A DNA stretch of 27,144 bases from a virus (lineage: Duplodnaviria > Caudoviricetes): positions 1 through 27,144 of IMG/VR virus record IMGVR_UViG_3300012352_000546. The stretch is one strand, 5' to 3'. Position 1 is the stretch's first letter. Each line of letters starts with the position of its first letter. The notes beneath the pieces are model-generated. The model saw nothing but the letters and a program-made list of their open reading frames with translations. It did no database searches and was not told the DNA's origin. Of this stretch, positions 16,124-25,267 are shown one piece after another. The position numbers were made by a program, and so were the translations under genes.

Positions 16124-18069
16124 TGGCATTAAACGCATCTATTGACTTAACCGTCAACAAACCTGACTTCAAATCAATGAAGGCAGAAATCCGAGAACTG
16201 ACAGTCGCAGCACAACAAGCCGTGATGCAGTTTGGCGAATTCTCACCCGAAGCAATGAAAGCGGAACACGCTCTCGCACAAGCACGGGATAGAATGGATG
16301 ACTTCAATGACCGTGTAAAGGCAGTTAATCCGGATAAGTTCTCTCAATTGAACACCGTTGTTTCAGGTGTTGCTAATGGATTCCAAGCAGCACAAGGTGC
16401 GATGGCTTTGTTTGGTGATCAGTCCGAGGATTTAGAAAAGACAATGGTCAAACTTCAAGGCGCAATGGCGTTAACTCAAGGTCTTGAAGGATTGGGAAAA
16501 GTTCAGCAGCAGTTTAGGGCAATTTTTACAAGCATAGCACTTGGGGCAAAAAAAGCATTTGCTGCAATAAGGGCTGGAATCGGTTCAACCGGTATTGGTT
16601 TGATTCTCGTGGCTCTTGGTGCAATCGTTGCATATTGGGATGAAATCAAAGAAGCGGTGACTGGTGTTGATTCCGAGCAAAAGAAACTTTTAGCAGATGC
16701 AAAAGCACAAGAAAAAGTTGAACAAGACAAACTTGATACACTTAATTCTCAAGATGATATCTTAAAACTACAAGGGTTAAGTGAAGAGGAAATACTTAAA
16801 TTAAAAATCAAGCAAACAAGCGCAGTAATCACCCAACTTGAGGCACAATTGACAGCTCAAGAGACGATGAAAAAAGCGCAAATGGAGGCTGCTCAACGAA
16901 ACCAAGATATTTTGCAAGGAGTCATTCGCTTCATTGCGCTTCCAATTACTTTATTGTTGGCTCAAATTGATGCAGTTGGAAAAGCGTTGGGTCAAGATTT
17001 TGGTTTGGAAGAAGGGTTCAGCGGTGGTCTTGCAAAAATGGTATTTGATCCGAAGTCAGTTGAGAAGGAAGCAAATAAAGCAATTGATGAAACTAAAAAA
17101 CAACTTAATAATCTTAAAAACACAAACGCTGGATACCAACTTTCAATCAACGAGATTCACAAAAAAGGTGCGGAAGATAAAAAGAAACTTGATGAGGATG
17201 CTGCGGAAAAGGAATTAGATCGCCTTAAAAAACTTGAGGAAGAAAAGAAGAAAATAACCGAGGACACTTTAGCAGCAGAAGCATCTGCACGAGATGCGGC
17301 AAGACAAAAAGAGTTGGCATTTATTACTGATGAAGGCGAAAGAATTCAAAAAGAATATGAGAACAAATTAGCAGCACTTCAAGAATCACAAGCCCAAGAA
17401 TTAAAAGCAGTTGAAGGGAATGCCGCAGCGATTGCCGCAATTAATCAAAAGTATAATGATTTGCAATTGGTGGCAACTGCGGAAGTGGATGCAGCAGAAA
17501 TAAAACTTGCAGAAGAAAGAGCAGCAAAACAAAAGGAGATTGATGACAAAGCCACCGAAGATGCCAAGAAGAATGCGGAAGAAATCATCAAGCAAGAGAA
17601 AGCCAAACAAGAAGCGAAAGATACACTTTACAAAGCATCAATAGATTTGGCAAACTCTATTGCTGCGTTGGCTGGAGAGCAAACCAAAACAGGCAAGGCA
17701 ATTGCTTTGTCAGTTATTGCAGCAGATACGGCAATGGCAATTTCAGGTGCATTGAATGTCACACAGAAACCATCTCCCGACAACATCGCTACCGGTGGTC
17801 TTGCTGGTGCTGCGAAATACATCGGATTGGCTGCAATGATTTTGACCAATGCAAAGAAAGCCAGAGACATTCTCAAAGGTGGTCAGCCATCAGCACCAAC
17901 TGGGATGCAATCAAGCGGAGGAGGATTGCCACAAATGGCAGCACCACAAATCTCATCCACATTGCCACAAGTAAGTGGATTTGATCAGCGAGTTTATGTG
18001 ACCGAGGGAGACATCTCACGCACACAAGGTCGGGTTGCATCATTGAAAAAGGTATCTGTTACACAATAA
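16123..18069 (+). CDS. Tail tape measure protein
   Basis: 648 aa, Ala/Lys/Glu-rich helical, TGIGLILVALGAIVAYWDEIK segment. Confidence 0.8.
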   Translation: MALNASIDLTVNKPDFKSMKAEIRELTVAAQQAVMQFGEFSPEAMKAEHALAQARDRMDDFNDRVKAVNPDKFSQLNTVVSGVANGFQAAQGAMALFGDQSEDLEKTMVKLQGAMALTQGLEGLGKVQQQFRAIFTSIALGAKKAFAAIRAGIGSTGIGLILVALGAIVAYWDEIKEAVTGVDSEQKKLLADAKAQEKVEQDKLDTLNSQDDILKLQGLSEEEILKLKIKQTSAVITQLEAQLTAQETMKKAQMEAAQRNQDILQGVIRFIALPITLLLAQIDAVGKALGQDFGLEEGFSGGLAKMVFDPKSVEKEANKAIDETKKQLNNLKNTNAGYQLSINEIHKKGAEDKKKLDEDAAEKELDRLKKLEEEKKKITEDTLAAEASARDAARQKELAFITDEGERIQKEYENKLAALQESQAQELKAVEGNAAAIAAINQKYNDLQLVATAEVDAAEIKLAEERAAKQKEIDDKATEDAKKNAEEIIKQEKAKQEAKDTLYKASIDLANSIAALAGEQTKTGKAIALSVIAADTAMAISGALNVTQKPSPDNIATGGLAGAAKYIGLAAMILTNAKKARDILKGGQPSAPTGMQSSGGGLPQMAAPQISSTLPQVSGFDQRVYVTEGDISRTQGRVASLKKVSVTQ

Positions 18070-18070
18070 C

Positions 18071-18077
18071 GCTATTT
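18071..18077 (+). promoter_or_regulatory. Putative late promoter, proximal GCTATTT element
   Basis: Its first base is 14 nt before ATG 18085; GCTATTTGAATAAGATG is nearly identical to GCTATTTGATTAAGATG before the portal; distal box weak. Confidence 0.5.
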
Positions 18078-18084
18078 GAATAAG

Positions 18085-18666
18085 ATGAAACTACCAGTTT
18101 ACAAATTAGACATCAACGAATTTGACGAGGAAACAGGCATTGACTTTGTTTCTCTCGTTGAAAACGCAGCCATCCAAAAGGACTTTTTAGCATTCAGCGA
18201 AACACCTATAAAATTCGCCATTCAAGATGAGGAGAAAAGAATCGTGACTGGTGCTGCGATGATTGCCGATTTACCCATCTATCGCAGAGATGACATCCGT
18301 GGTGAATACTATGTGGTGTTTGACAAGGAATCAATCTTCAAGATTGCGAAGAAATGGGCGAGGTCAAACCAGTACAACTCCGTGAACGCACACCACAAAA
18401 CACCCATAATGAATGGAGTGAGTTTGTTTGAATCATACATCATAGATCGTGAAAGAGGTGTGATGCCACCGAAGGGATTTGAAGAGGTTGCCGATGGAAG
18501 TTGGTTTGTCTCTTATTTAATTGACAACGATGATGTGTGGGCAAAAGTGAAATCAGGTGAGTTCAAAGGATTCTCTGTTGAAGGTGTTTTTGATTTCCCC
18601 GAAGACAAAGAAGAACAACTCATTGAGCAGATGAAAGAGATTCTTTCCAAGTGGAATGGAAAGTAA
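18085..18666 (+). CDS. Prohead serine protease (XkdF-like)
   Basis: VSLVENAAI, EKRIVTGAAMIAD, GSWF and VKSGEFKGFSVEG motifs. Confidence 0.85.
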   Translation: MKLPVYKLDINEFDEETGIDFVSLVENAAIQKDFLAFSETPIKFAIQDEEKRIVTGAAMIADLPIYRRDDIRGEYYVVFDKESIFKIAKKWARSNQYNSVNAHHKTPIMNGVSLFESYIIDRERGVMPPKGFEEVADGSWFVSYLIDNDDVWAKVKSGEFKGFSVEGVFDFPEDKEEQLIEQMKEILSKWNGK

Positions 18667-18693
18667 TGTCACAATAATATACGAATGCTATTT
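18667..18693 (+). promoter_or_regulatory. Putative late promoter (TGTCACA-N13-GCTATTT)
   Basis: Motif match; ATG at 18700. Confidence 0.65.
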
Positions 18694-18699
18694 GTATAT

Positions 18700-19206
18700 A
18701 TGGAGACATACAAAATAATACCAAGTTTGCCCGTTTATGAAATTTCACAAAATGGGAATGTACGAAGAGTTGGTGTGAATAATAATTTGAAGCCTTGCCT
18801 TACAAGTGGATATCCTTCGTTGTCATTGTGGATGAATGGAAAGCAATATAGAAGATATATACATCGGTTAATGGCGGAAACATATTTGGGTAATTGCTCA
18901 ACATTGCAAATTAATCATATTGATGGGTTAAAATCAAATAACAACTTGAGCAATCTTGAAATTGTCACACCTACCGGAAATTTAGAACACGCCTACAAAA
19001 CTGGATTGAGATTTGTTACTCAAAAACAAAAAAACGCTTTGCTCAAAAATGTATCAAAGGAAGTGATTGATATTGAAACGGGAATTGTTTACCCATCTTT
19101 ATCTATGGCTTGTTCAATTACAAATACAAATTATTGTGCTATCAGAAAACGAATAATGCGAAAGAGCAAAAACATCCGTTTCCAATATACAAATTGCAAC
19201 ACTTAA
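18700..19206 (+). CDS. Free-standing HNH homing endonuclease (NUMOD4-like N-terminus)
   Basis: YEISQNGNVR, YIHRLMA, INHIDGLKSNNNLSNLE..T..GN..HA. Confidence 0.9.
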   Translation: METYKIIPSLPVYEISQNGNVRRVGVNNNLKPCLTSGYPSLSLWMNGKQYRRYIHRLMAETYLGNCSTLQINHIDGLKSNNNLSNLEIVTPTGNLEHAYKTGLRFVTQKQKNALLKNVSKEVIDIETGIVYPSLSMACSITNTNYCAIRKRIMRKSKNIRFQYTNCNT

Positions 19207-19221
19207 ACACAAACTCTAATT
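19195..19221 (+). promoter_or_regulatory. Putative late promoter (TGCAACA-N13-TCTAATT)
   Basis: Variant of the motif; ATG at 19230. Confidence 0.5.
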
Positions 19222-19229
19222 TTATACAA

Positions 19230-19772
19230 ATGAACACAAAAGAAGTATTAACTGAAATCAGGTCTTTGTTGGGATTCTCCGATGATGCACCTGAAGTATC
19301 GGTAGAATTGGCAACAGCCGTTCTAACTGACGGAAGCACAATTGAATGGGAAGGTGAATTGGTTGTAGGAACTGCCATCTTTGTTCAAACTGCTGAAGGT
19401 TCAATCCCAGCACCTGACGCAACTCACGAGGTTGAAGGTGGTTTGTTGGTAACAACTGTTGACGGTATCGTTACTGAAATCGTTGAACCCGAAATTGAAA
19501 TTGAGATTGAAGCCAAAGAAGAGTTTGCAACCGTATCTCATTTCAATGATGTTGTGAGCAAGTTGGAAAGTGCAATTGCTGAATTGTCTGCAAAAGTTGT
19601 GGCTTTGTCTGCATCTAACACCCAGCACAAAGAAGCAATGAGCAAAGCAATTGACTTGATTGAGAAAGTTGCTGACTTACCAAGCGAAACCCCAATCAAA
19701 ACCCCCGTTTCAAACAAGAAGAACGATCAGTTTGAAGCACTTAAAAAATTCAAAAACGCAATAAACAAATAA
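19230..19772 (+). CDS. Capsid scaffolding protein
   Basis: ORF 19110..19772 with ATG at 19230; acidic, PAPDATHE..G..DG motif, coiled coil; directly before the capsid gene. Confidence 0.7.
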   Translation: MNTKEVLTEIRSLLGFSDDAPEVSVELATAVLTDGSTIEWEGELVVGTAIFVQTAEGSIPAPDATHEVEGGLLVTTVDGIVTEIVEPEIEIEIEAKEEFATVSHFNDVVSKLESAIAELSAKVVALSASNTQHKEAMSKAIDLIEKVADLPSETPIKTPVSNKKNDQFEALKKFKNAINK

Positions 19773-19776
19773 AACT

Positions 19777-20706
19777 ATGGCATTTTCAGTAGGAACACTC
19801 GCTAATTACACCAACGAACAGTCAACCGACTTGTTGGTAAAAGCCCTTTTCGGGTCAAAAACTGCAACCTTGTTGCAATCTTCTAACCAAGTTCAAGTAG
19901 GTATCAAATCTGCTGCCGCTTTGAACATCCTTGCTTCAACTGTTTTCTTTCAGGCAGACGGTTGTGGTTACAACCCAAGTGGTACAACTGCCTTCACTCA
20001 AAGAAACATCACCGTTGGTGCTGTAAAAGTTGAAGAAACTCTTTGCCCAAAGACATTGGAAGCAAAGTGGATGCAAACTCAAATTATGCCTGGTTCACCA
20101 ACAATGATTCCTTTTGAAGAGCAAGTAGGTGCTGAAAAGGCTGCCGTTATTGCACAAACTTTGGAAGTTGCAATGTGGCAAGGTGATACCGCTTCTGGTA
20201 ACCCTAACTTGAATCGTTTTGACGGATTCACCAAAATCGTTGCTGCATCTTCTCCAGTATTGGCGAACGCTGCACCAACTACCTTCACTTCAATCACCGC
20301 TGCGAATGTTGATGATATCTTGGATCAAATCTACGCTAACATCCCTGCTGCCGTTGCTGAAAAGAATGACTTGGTTTGCTTCGTTGGAATTGATGTTTAT
20401 AAGTTGATGTTGGTTAACTTGAAAAATGCTAACTTGTTCCACTATGTTGCCGATGCTGCCACTTCAATGGAGATGGTTTACCCCGGTACAAATATGAAAG
20501 TAATCGGAGTTGGTGGTTTGAACGGAACTAACAAAATTCACGCTGGTTCTTTGTCAAACTTCTTTATGGGTACTGACTTGATTGATGAGCAAGAAGAAGT
20601 GAAGATGTGGTATTCACAGGACAACGATGAAGTTCGTGTTCGTTTCACTTTCAAGGCTGGTGTTCAGGTTGCTTTCCCCGGAGAAATCGTTTACTTCACC
20701 CTTTAA
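19777..20706 (+). CDS. Major capsid protein
   Basis: 309 aa after protease and scaffold; strongly biased codon usage; MWQGD and FDGF motifs. Confidence 0.85.
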   Translation: MAFSVGTLANYTNEQSTDLLVKALFGSKTATLLQSSNQVQVGIKSAAALNILASTVFFQADGCGYNPSGTTAFTQRNITVGAVKVEETLCPKTLEAKWMQTQIMPGSPTMIPFEEQVGAEKAAVIAQTLEVAMWQGDTASGNPNLNRFDGFTKIVAASSPVLANAAPTTFTSITAANVDDILDQIYANIPAAVAEKNDLVCFVGIDVYKLMLVNLKNANLFHYVADAATSMEMVYPGTNMKVIGVGGLNGTNKIHAGSLSNFFMGTDLIDEQEEVKMWYSQDNDEVRVRFTFKAGVQVAFPGEIVYFTL

Positions 20707-20718
20707 TCTTTTTAACTG

Positions 20719-21225
20719 ATGGCTTGTTTACTCACACAAGGATTCACTCTTGACTGCAAAGATGCAGTTGGAGGTATCAAATCAATCCACTTGATTTCTT
20801 GGGTTGATTCAAAGTTCACCGTTGCAAGTGGTGAAGTAACTGCCACAACTGTTGCAAGTGGAGATGTTTATGATTACGAGTTGCCTAAAGGTACTGGATC
20901 ATTAACAACCACAACCAATGTATCTGTAGAAAACGGAACATCATTCAATCAATCGGATGTTGTTTTCAAACTTCGCAGATTGTCAACCACCAAGCGTAAC
21001 GAAATGAAGCTCCTTGCTCAAGGTCGTTGCTATTGCATCGTTAAGAACAACAACGATGAGTATTGGTTGGTTGGTAAGGAGTACGGATGTGATGTGACTG
21101 CAATGGTTGCGAACACTGGTACTGCTATGGGCGATAGTAACGGTTATGAAGTTACTCTTTCTGCTATCGAAGCGGAAGCACCTTACAAATTGCAGAGTTC
21201 AGTTGTTACCGCTTTAGGTATCTAA
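20719..21225 (+). CDS. Major tail tube protein (probable)
   Basis: MACLLTQGF.LDCKDAVGGIK, ENGT.F, TG...GD.NGY..TL motifs; biased codon usage; terminator follows. Confidence 0.7.
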   Translation: MACLLTQGFTLDCKDAVGGIKSIHLISWVDSKFTVASGEVTATTVASGDVYDYELPKGTGSLTTTTNVSVENGTSFNQSDVVFKLRRLSTTKRNEMKLLAQGRCYCIVKNNNDEYWLVGKEYGCDVTAMVANTGTAMGDSNGYEVTLSAIEAEAPYKLQSSVVTALGI

Positions 21226-21251
21226 TTGGTTCTTGTTTCATAGGTCAAATG

Positions 21252-21279
21252 GGGAGGGCAATATGCTCTCCCTTTTTTT
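21252..21279 (+). terminator. Rho-independent terminator
   Basis: GGGAGGGCA-ATA-TGCTCTCCC followed by T7. Confidence 0.9.
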
Positions 21280-21305
21280 GTTACATATTTTTACTCTCGC
21301 TATTT
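21279..21305 (+). promoter_or_regulatory. Putative late promoter (TGTTACA-N13-GCTATTT)
   Basis: Starts right after the terminator; ATG at 21313. Confidence 0.7.
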
Positions 21306-21312
21306 TGTAGAG

Positions 21313-21642
21313 ATGTTGGTAATTAACAAAGGGCAAACAAAATTTTGGTATCTCACATTGACTGAAAAGGCAAGTGCTGCATCCTATGTGTTTACCTTCA
21401 CTCATCGTCAAACTGAAACCATAGTCACAAGAACATTGACCGATGTCTCAACTCACACGGAGAGATACAATCAATTTCAGTTCATTGAAGGCACTACCGC
21501 TACGCTATTGGAAGGAGAACACGAATATAGTGTTTCAACAAGCGGAGGTATCTTGTGCGAGATTGGAATCCTGAAGGTTCAAAAGACATTCACGGAAGAT
21601 GAATACACCCCGAATTTAACAGAAAAAATACATATAATATGA
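21313..21642 (+). CDS. Virion structural protein (hypothetical)
   Basis: ORF track; beta-rich; late cluster. Confidence 0.7.
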   Translation: MLVINKGQTKFWYLTLTEKASAASYVFTFTHRQTETIVTRTLTDVSTHTERYNQFQFIEGTTATLLEGEHEYSVSTSGGILCEIGILKVQKTFTEDEYTPNLTEKIHII

Positions 21643-21899
21643 GCAGTTCAACAGACATCATCGCTGGAGGTGCAGCCTTCATTCGCTACGGATCAGGCAC
21701 ACAAACCTTGAGAAATCATAACGCTTTGGTTGTTCAAGAAGATACCGTTTTTACTTCATTCTCCGTAGACGGAACAAATGTTCTTTCAGCTCGTGGAATG
21801 AGTGGTGTTACCTTCAAGCAAGGTGCATACCTTCCAGCGGGTAACTCTGCAACAATCACCGGATTTGTAATCTCTTCAGGAAGCGTAATCGGTTATTAA
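21639..21899 (+). CDS. Small virion structural protein
   Basis: 86 aa ending in SSGSVIGY; coupled to the fibre gene. Confidence 0.7.
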   Translation: MSSSTDIIAGGAAFIRYGSGTQTLRNHNALVVQEDTVFTSFSVDGTNVLSARGMSGVTFKQGAYLPAGNSATITGFVISSGSVIGY

Positions 21900-23788
21900 T
21901 GAGAATGGGCATTGGATTGGGCATTGGAATCAATCGTTCCAACTATGCCCAAGGGATTTTTGGTGCTTACCAAAGCCGAGTAACTGCTGATGGTGGAGTA
22001 ACTGAAGGAGGTGCTTGTGTTGATGCGGTGAGTTCGTTATTGCAGTCAGCATCGTTATTGCTTATCCCAAGCGGATACAAAGGTGGCAAAGCATATGCCG
22101 AAATCCCCACAAACGGTAACGGTGATTTAACTTGGACAAGGGCGAGTGATGCTTGGCGTACAAATGCCGATGGGTTGATTCAAAGAGTTCCGTGGAATTT
22201 GTTGCAACAAAGTGAAACTTTTGACAATGCGTATTGGACCAAAAGCGGATGCACAATTTCAGCAAATGCAACGACTGCACCAAACGGAACTACGACTGCG
22301 GACAAATTGGTCTCAACGAACTTGGCGACATCAAGCACGGTACTTGCTGCGATTAATATAATTTCAGGTTCAACATATAATTTTTCAATATATGCCAAAG
22401 CAAGTGGGGCGAATTGGGTTCAATTAATCGCAACGGGTGTGACCGTGAATTCACCCGCACGATTATGGGTAAACCTTTCGGATGGTAGTTTAGGCACAAA
22501 CAATGGAGGGTTTTTAGGTGCGAGTATTACGAATGTCGGAGATGGTTGGTATAGAATAAATGGCTATTTTACAACAACATCAACATCAACAAATTTGTAT
22601 TTAGCATTGGCAACGGGTGACAATATCAATGCTTTCAATGGCAACGGAACTGATGGCGCATTCATTTGGGGCGCACAATTAGTAGAAGGCAGTTCAGCCC
22701 AAACCTATTTCCCCACAACCGATAGGTTGAATGTACCCCGTCTTAGTTATATGTACGGCAGTTGTCCTGCGTTGTTGTTAGAGCCGCAGAGGACGAATTT
22801 GTGTTTGTATAGTCAGCAATTAGACGATGCGAATTGGGGTAAAGCCGAATCATCAATTACGGCAAACACAACAACTTCGCCCGATGGAACAACGAATGCC
22901 GATAGTTTAATTGAAAATACAGCAAACGGATTGCATCAAACTACAATATTAACATCGGCAACGGGTGGAGTTTATACGGCAACTATTTACGCAAAGCCTT
23001 ACGGAAGAAATTGGTTTTTGTTTAACATTGCGGCGGCGGCGAATTATGGGGCGTTTTTTGATGTACAAAATGGCGCAGTTGGCACAATACAATCAAACAT
23101 AACATCGGCAACAATTATAAGCGTGGGTAATGGATGGTATAGGTGTACAGTAATAGCAAATACCGCATCAATATCTCCACGAATTTCAATAACACTTGCA
23201 ACGGCTAACAATACAATATCATACACAGGAAACGGCACAAGCGGTTTGTATTTATATGGCGGACAAATCGAAGCGGGCGCATACCCCACCACCTACATAA
23301 GCACTACATCAGCAACCGCCACCCGTATTGCCGATTCATTCTCACGCAATAACATATACACCAATGGTTTGATTACATCTAGTGGGGGTACTTGGTTTGT
23401 GGAGTTGAGGAATAATATTGCGTACACAAAAGATGGTATTTATCGTTGGGGAATTGGTGATACATCCGCATTAAACAGTAATTCATTGGTTATTGCAACA
23501 TTAACCACGAGTTCGGGAAGGGCTCAAATATATAAAACGGTTGGTACAAGTTATACCTTGCTTTACACAACCACAACCGACACAACCAAAATCGCTATTA
23601 AGTGGAACGGAACGAGTGCAGATGTATTTGTTAACGGCACAAAGCAAGTTAGTGCAACCGCATTCACCACGACACTAATGGAGTTTTTACAAGCGTCAAC
23701 TATATCAGTTCCGTTTTTCATTCAATCTATGGCACTCTACCCTTCACCCCTTTCTGATACTGATTGCACAACCTTAACAACTCTCTAA
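21899..23788 (+). CDS. Head/tail fibre or spike with duplicated carbohydrate-binding-like module and LamG-like C-terminus
   Basis: Thr/Gly/Asn-rich; LLLEPQRTNL; two GxGWYR...G(A/G)Q(L/I) modules; KIAIKW...VFVNG C-terminus. Confidence 0.75.
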   Translation: MRMGIGLGIGINRSNYAQGIFGAYQSRVTADGGVTEGGACVDAVSSLLQSASLLLIPSGYKGGKAYAEIPTNGNGDLTWTRASDAWRTNADGLIQRVPWNLLQQSETFDNAYWTKSGCTISANATTAPNGTTTADKLVSTNLATSSTVLAAINIISGSTYNFSIYAKASGANWVQLIATGVTVNSPARLWVNLSDGSLGTNNGGFLGASITNVGDGWYRINGYFTTTSTSTNLYLALATGDNINAFNGNGTDGAFIWGAQLVEGSSAQTYFPTTDRLNVPRLSYMYGSCPALLLEPQRTNLCLYSQQLDDANWGKAESSITANTTTSPDGTTNADSLIENTANGLHQTTILTSATGGVYTATIYAKPYGRNWFLFNIAAAANYGAFFDVQNGAVGTIQSNITSATIISVGNGWYRCTVIANTASISPRISITLATANNTISYTGNGTSGLYLYGGQIEAGAYPTTYISTTSATATRIADSFSRNNIYTNGLITSSGGTWFVELRNNIAYTKDGIYRWGIGDTSALNSNSLVIATLTTSSGRAQIYKTVGTSYTLLYTTTTDTTKIAIKWNGTSADVFVNGTKQVSATAFTTTLMEFLQASTISVPFFIQSMALYPSPLSDTDCTTLTTL

Positions 23789-23961
23789 TGGCAAACCAAG
23801 AAAATACATCGCCCAATTTGATAGGCAATTACAAGGATGCACGATTTACAACTGTCATAACAGATGTGAACAAAGAAAAAGAAATTCTACAAAATGAAAT
23901 CGCAATGATTTTGGCATCAAAGGGATATGCAATGATTCAACTTGAAATAATTAAATTATGA
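23788..23961 (+). CDS. 57-aa hypothetical protein (MANQENTSP...)
   Basis: TAATG and ATGA overlaps on both sides. Confidence 0.65.
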   Translation: MANQENTSPNLIGNYKDARFTTVITDVNKEKEILQNEIAMILASKGYAMIQLEIIKL

Positions 23962-24290
23962 CCTTCTGTAAATATTCATTCCTATCCCCCACCGAATGGG
24001 CAACATACAAAGCCCAAATAACCCAAGACGGCAACCCCATTGATTGCGCCATCGTTGAAATTGGTAACATATGCCTTGCCACAGACACCGAAGGCAACTG
24101 CACAGACCTTTCCCCACTCTATGCCGTTGACATCCTTTGGAACGATGAACCGTTGGAATCATTCAGCACAAAAGAGGTGTTTCCAAATCCCGTGGGGGTT
24201 CATACTTTTAGTGGGTGTGAAGAAATGTACACAGAGAGATTCTGCGAGTTTAACCCAACTTCTCCATACTGTACAAATGAAGAACTTTAA
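23958..24290 (+). CDS. Hypothetical protein, possibly fibre-associated
   Basis: ORF track; AIVEIG, YAVDILW and GVHTFSG motifs. Confidence 0.75.
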   Translation: MTFCKYSFLSPTEWATYKAQITQDGNPIDCAIVEIGNICLATDTEGNCTDLSPLYAVDILWNDEPLESFSTKEVFPNPVGVHTFSGCEEMYTERFCEFNPTSPYCTNEEL

Positions 24291-24462
24291 TGATACAACG
24301 GCATCCATTGCAACTGCGGTCAGCGGTTCAAGTGCTTTCATCACTTTTGCTCAAATCTATCAACCTTTGGTTACCTTTGGCGTGGGGATTCTTGGTATTA
24401 TTTCGGGCGTTTTGGCGGTTATCTATTGGGCGAAAAAAATCAATAGGATAGATGGCAAGTGA
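24277..24462 (+). CDS. Small membrane protein (holin/antiholin candidate)
   Basis: ORF 24040..24462 with ATG at 24277; hydrophobic with a basic C-terminus; upstream of the endolysin. Confidence 0.6.
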   Translation: MKNFNDTTASIATAVSGSSAFITFAQIYQPLVTFGVGILGIISGVLAVIYWAKKINRIDGK

Positions 24463-24661
24463 ACTCAAAAAAAAAACAAGGCTCAAGAATTATTTTGAAC
24501 CCACTCCAAAACGCTTTCGTGTTCTTGGGGATTCCATTGCTGGTGCATCTTTGTTTGTTGCTGGGTTAAACCTTGACAATCCAAAGTTGATGTTGATCAT
24601 CGGCATTGCAGGTGGAATTGGAAAGTTCATCACAAACTTTTTCACGGATGAAGCAAGTTAA
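24452..24661 (+). CDS. Two-TM membrane protein (holin candidate)
   Basis: PTPKRFRVLGD followed by two hydrophobic helices; adjacent to the amidase. Confidence 0.65.
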   Translation: MASELKKKTRLKNYFEPTPKRFRVLGDSIAGASLFVAGLNLDNPKLMLIIGIAGGIGKFITNFFTDEAS

Positions 24662-25250
24662 ATTCAGCGGATATTTCACAGAGCAAGTAACAAAAAAACA
24701 AATCTATCTTCACCATACTGCTGGTGGTGGTGATGGTGTTAATTGCTTTCACGGTTGGAATGGTGGAAACATTGCCACTTGCGTTGCTATCTCTCGCAAT
24801 GGTGAAATCGTTCAAGGCTTTGATTCCAAATACTGGGCATATCACTTGGGTTTGAAATCTGCACACTTTGTGGGAATGCCATTCATCAAACTTGACAAAC
24901 TTTCCATTGGCATTGAGATTTGCAATTGGGGATTCTTGACAGAGAAGAACGGCAAGTTCTTAAATTACTTGGGTAAGGAAGTGAAGGATGTTTGCAAACT
25001 TGACAAACCATACAAGGGATTCACCTATTTTGAGAATTACACCAAAGAACAAATTGAATCTACCAAGCAACTTCTTTTGTTGTGGGAAGAAAAGTACGGA
25101 ATTGACTTGACCTACAACGAAGACATTTGGAATGTTACCAAAAGAGCATTGTCAGGCAAGAACGGAGTGTTCACTCACAACTCTGTGAGGAAGGATAAAA
25201 TTGATGTTTATCCGCACCCCGATTTGATATCTATGTTGCAATCGTTGTAA
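24648..25250 (+). CDS. Endolysin, N-acetylmuramoyl-L-alanine amidase (Amidase_2/PGRP-like)
   Basis: IYLHHTAG, WAYHLG, SIGIEICNWG and THNSVRKDKIDVYP motifs. Confidence 0.88.
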   Translation: MKQVKFSGYFTEQVTKKQIYLHHTAGGGDGVNCFHGWNGGNIATCVAISRNGEIVQGFDSKYWAYHLGLKSAHFVGMPFIKLDKLSIGIEICNWGFLTEKNGKFLNYLGKEVKDVCKLDKPYKGFTYFENYTKEQIESTKQLLLLWEEKYGIDLTYNEDIWNVTKRALSGKNGVFTHNSVRKDKIDVYPHPDLISMLQSL

Positions 25251-25260
25251 GTTGCTATTT
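25234..25260 (+). promoter_or_regulatory. Putative late promoter (TGTTGCA-N13-GCTATTT)
   Basis: Motif match; ATG at 25268. Confidence 0.65.
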
Positions 25261-25267
25261 GATTAAG

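Noticed and set aside
10817-19206. Group I introns or inteins associated with the HNH genes
   Set aside because: The flanking terL, protease and scaffold genes appear complete and there is no spare non-coding sequence for an intron core; the HNHs are free-standing.
21899-23788. Diversity-generating retroelement target in the fibre
   Set aside because: No reverse transcriptase and no near-identical template/variable repeat pair were seen in the window.
24467-24476. A10 homopolymer in the holin candidate as a phase-variation or frameshift site
   Set aside because: The ORF is intact, the run encodes a Lys-rich N-terminus, and no meaningful alternative frame was seen.
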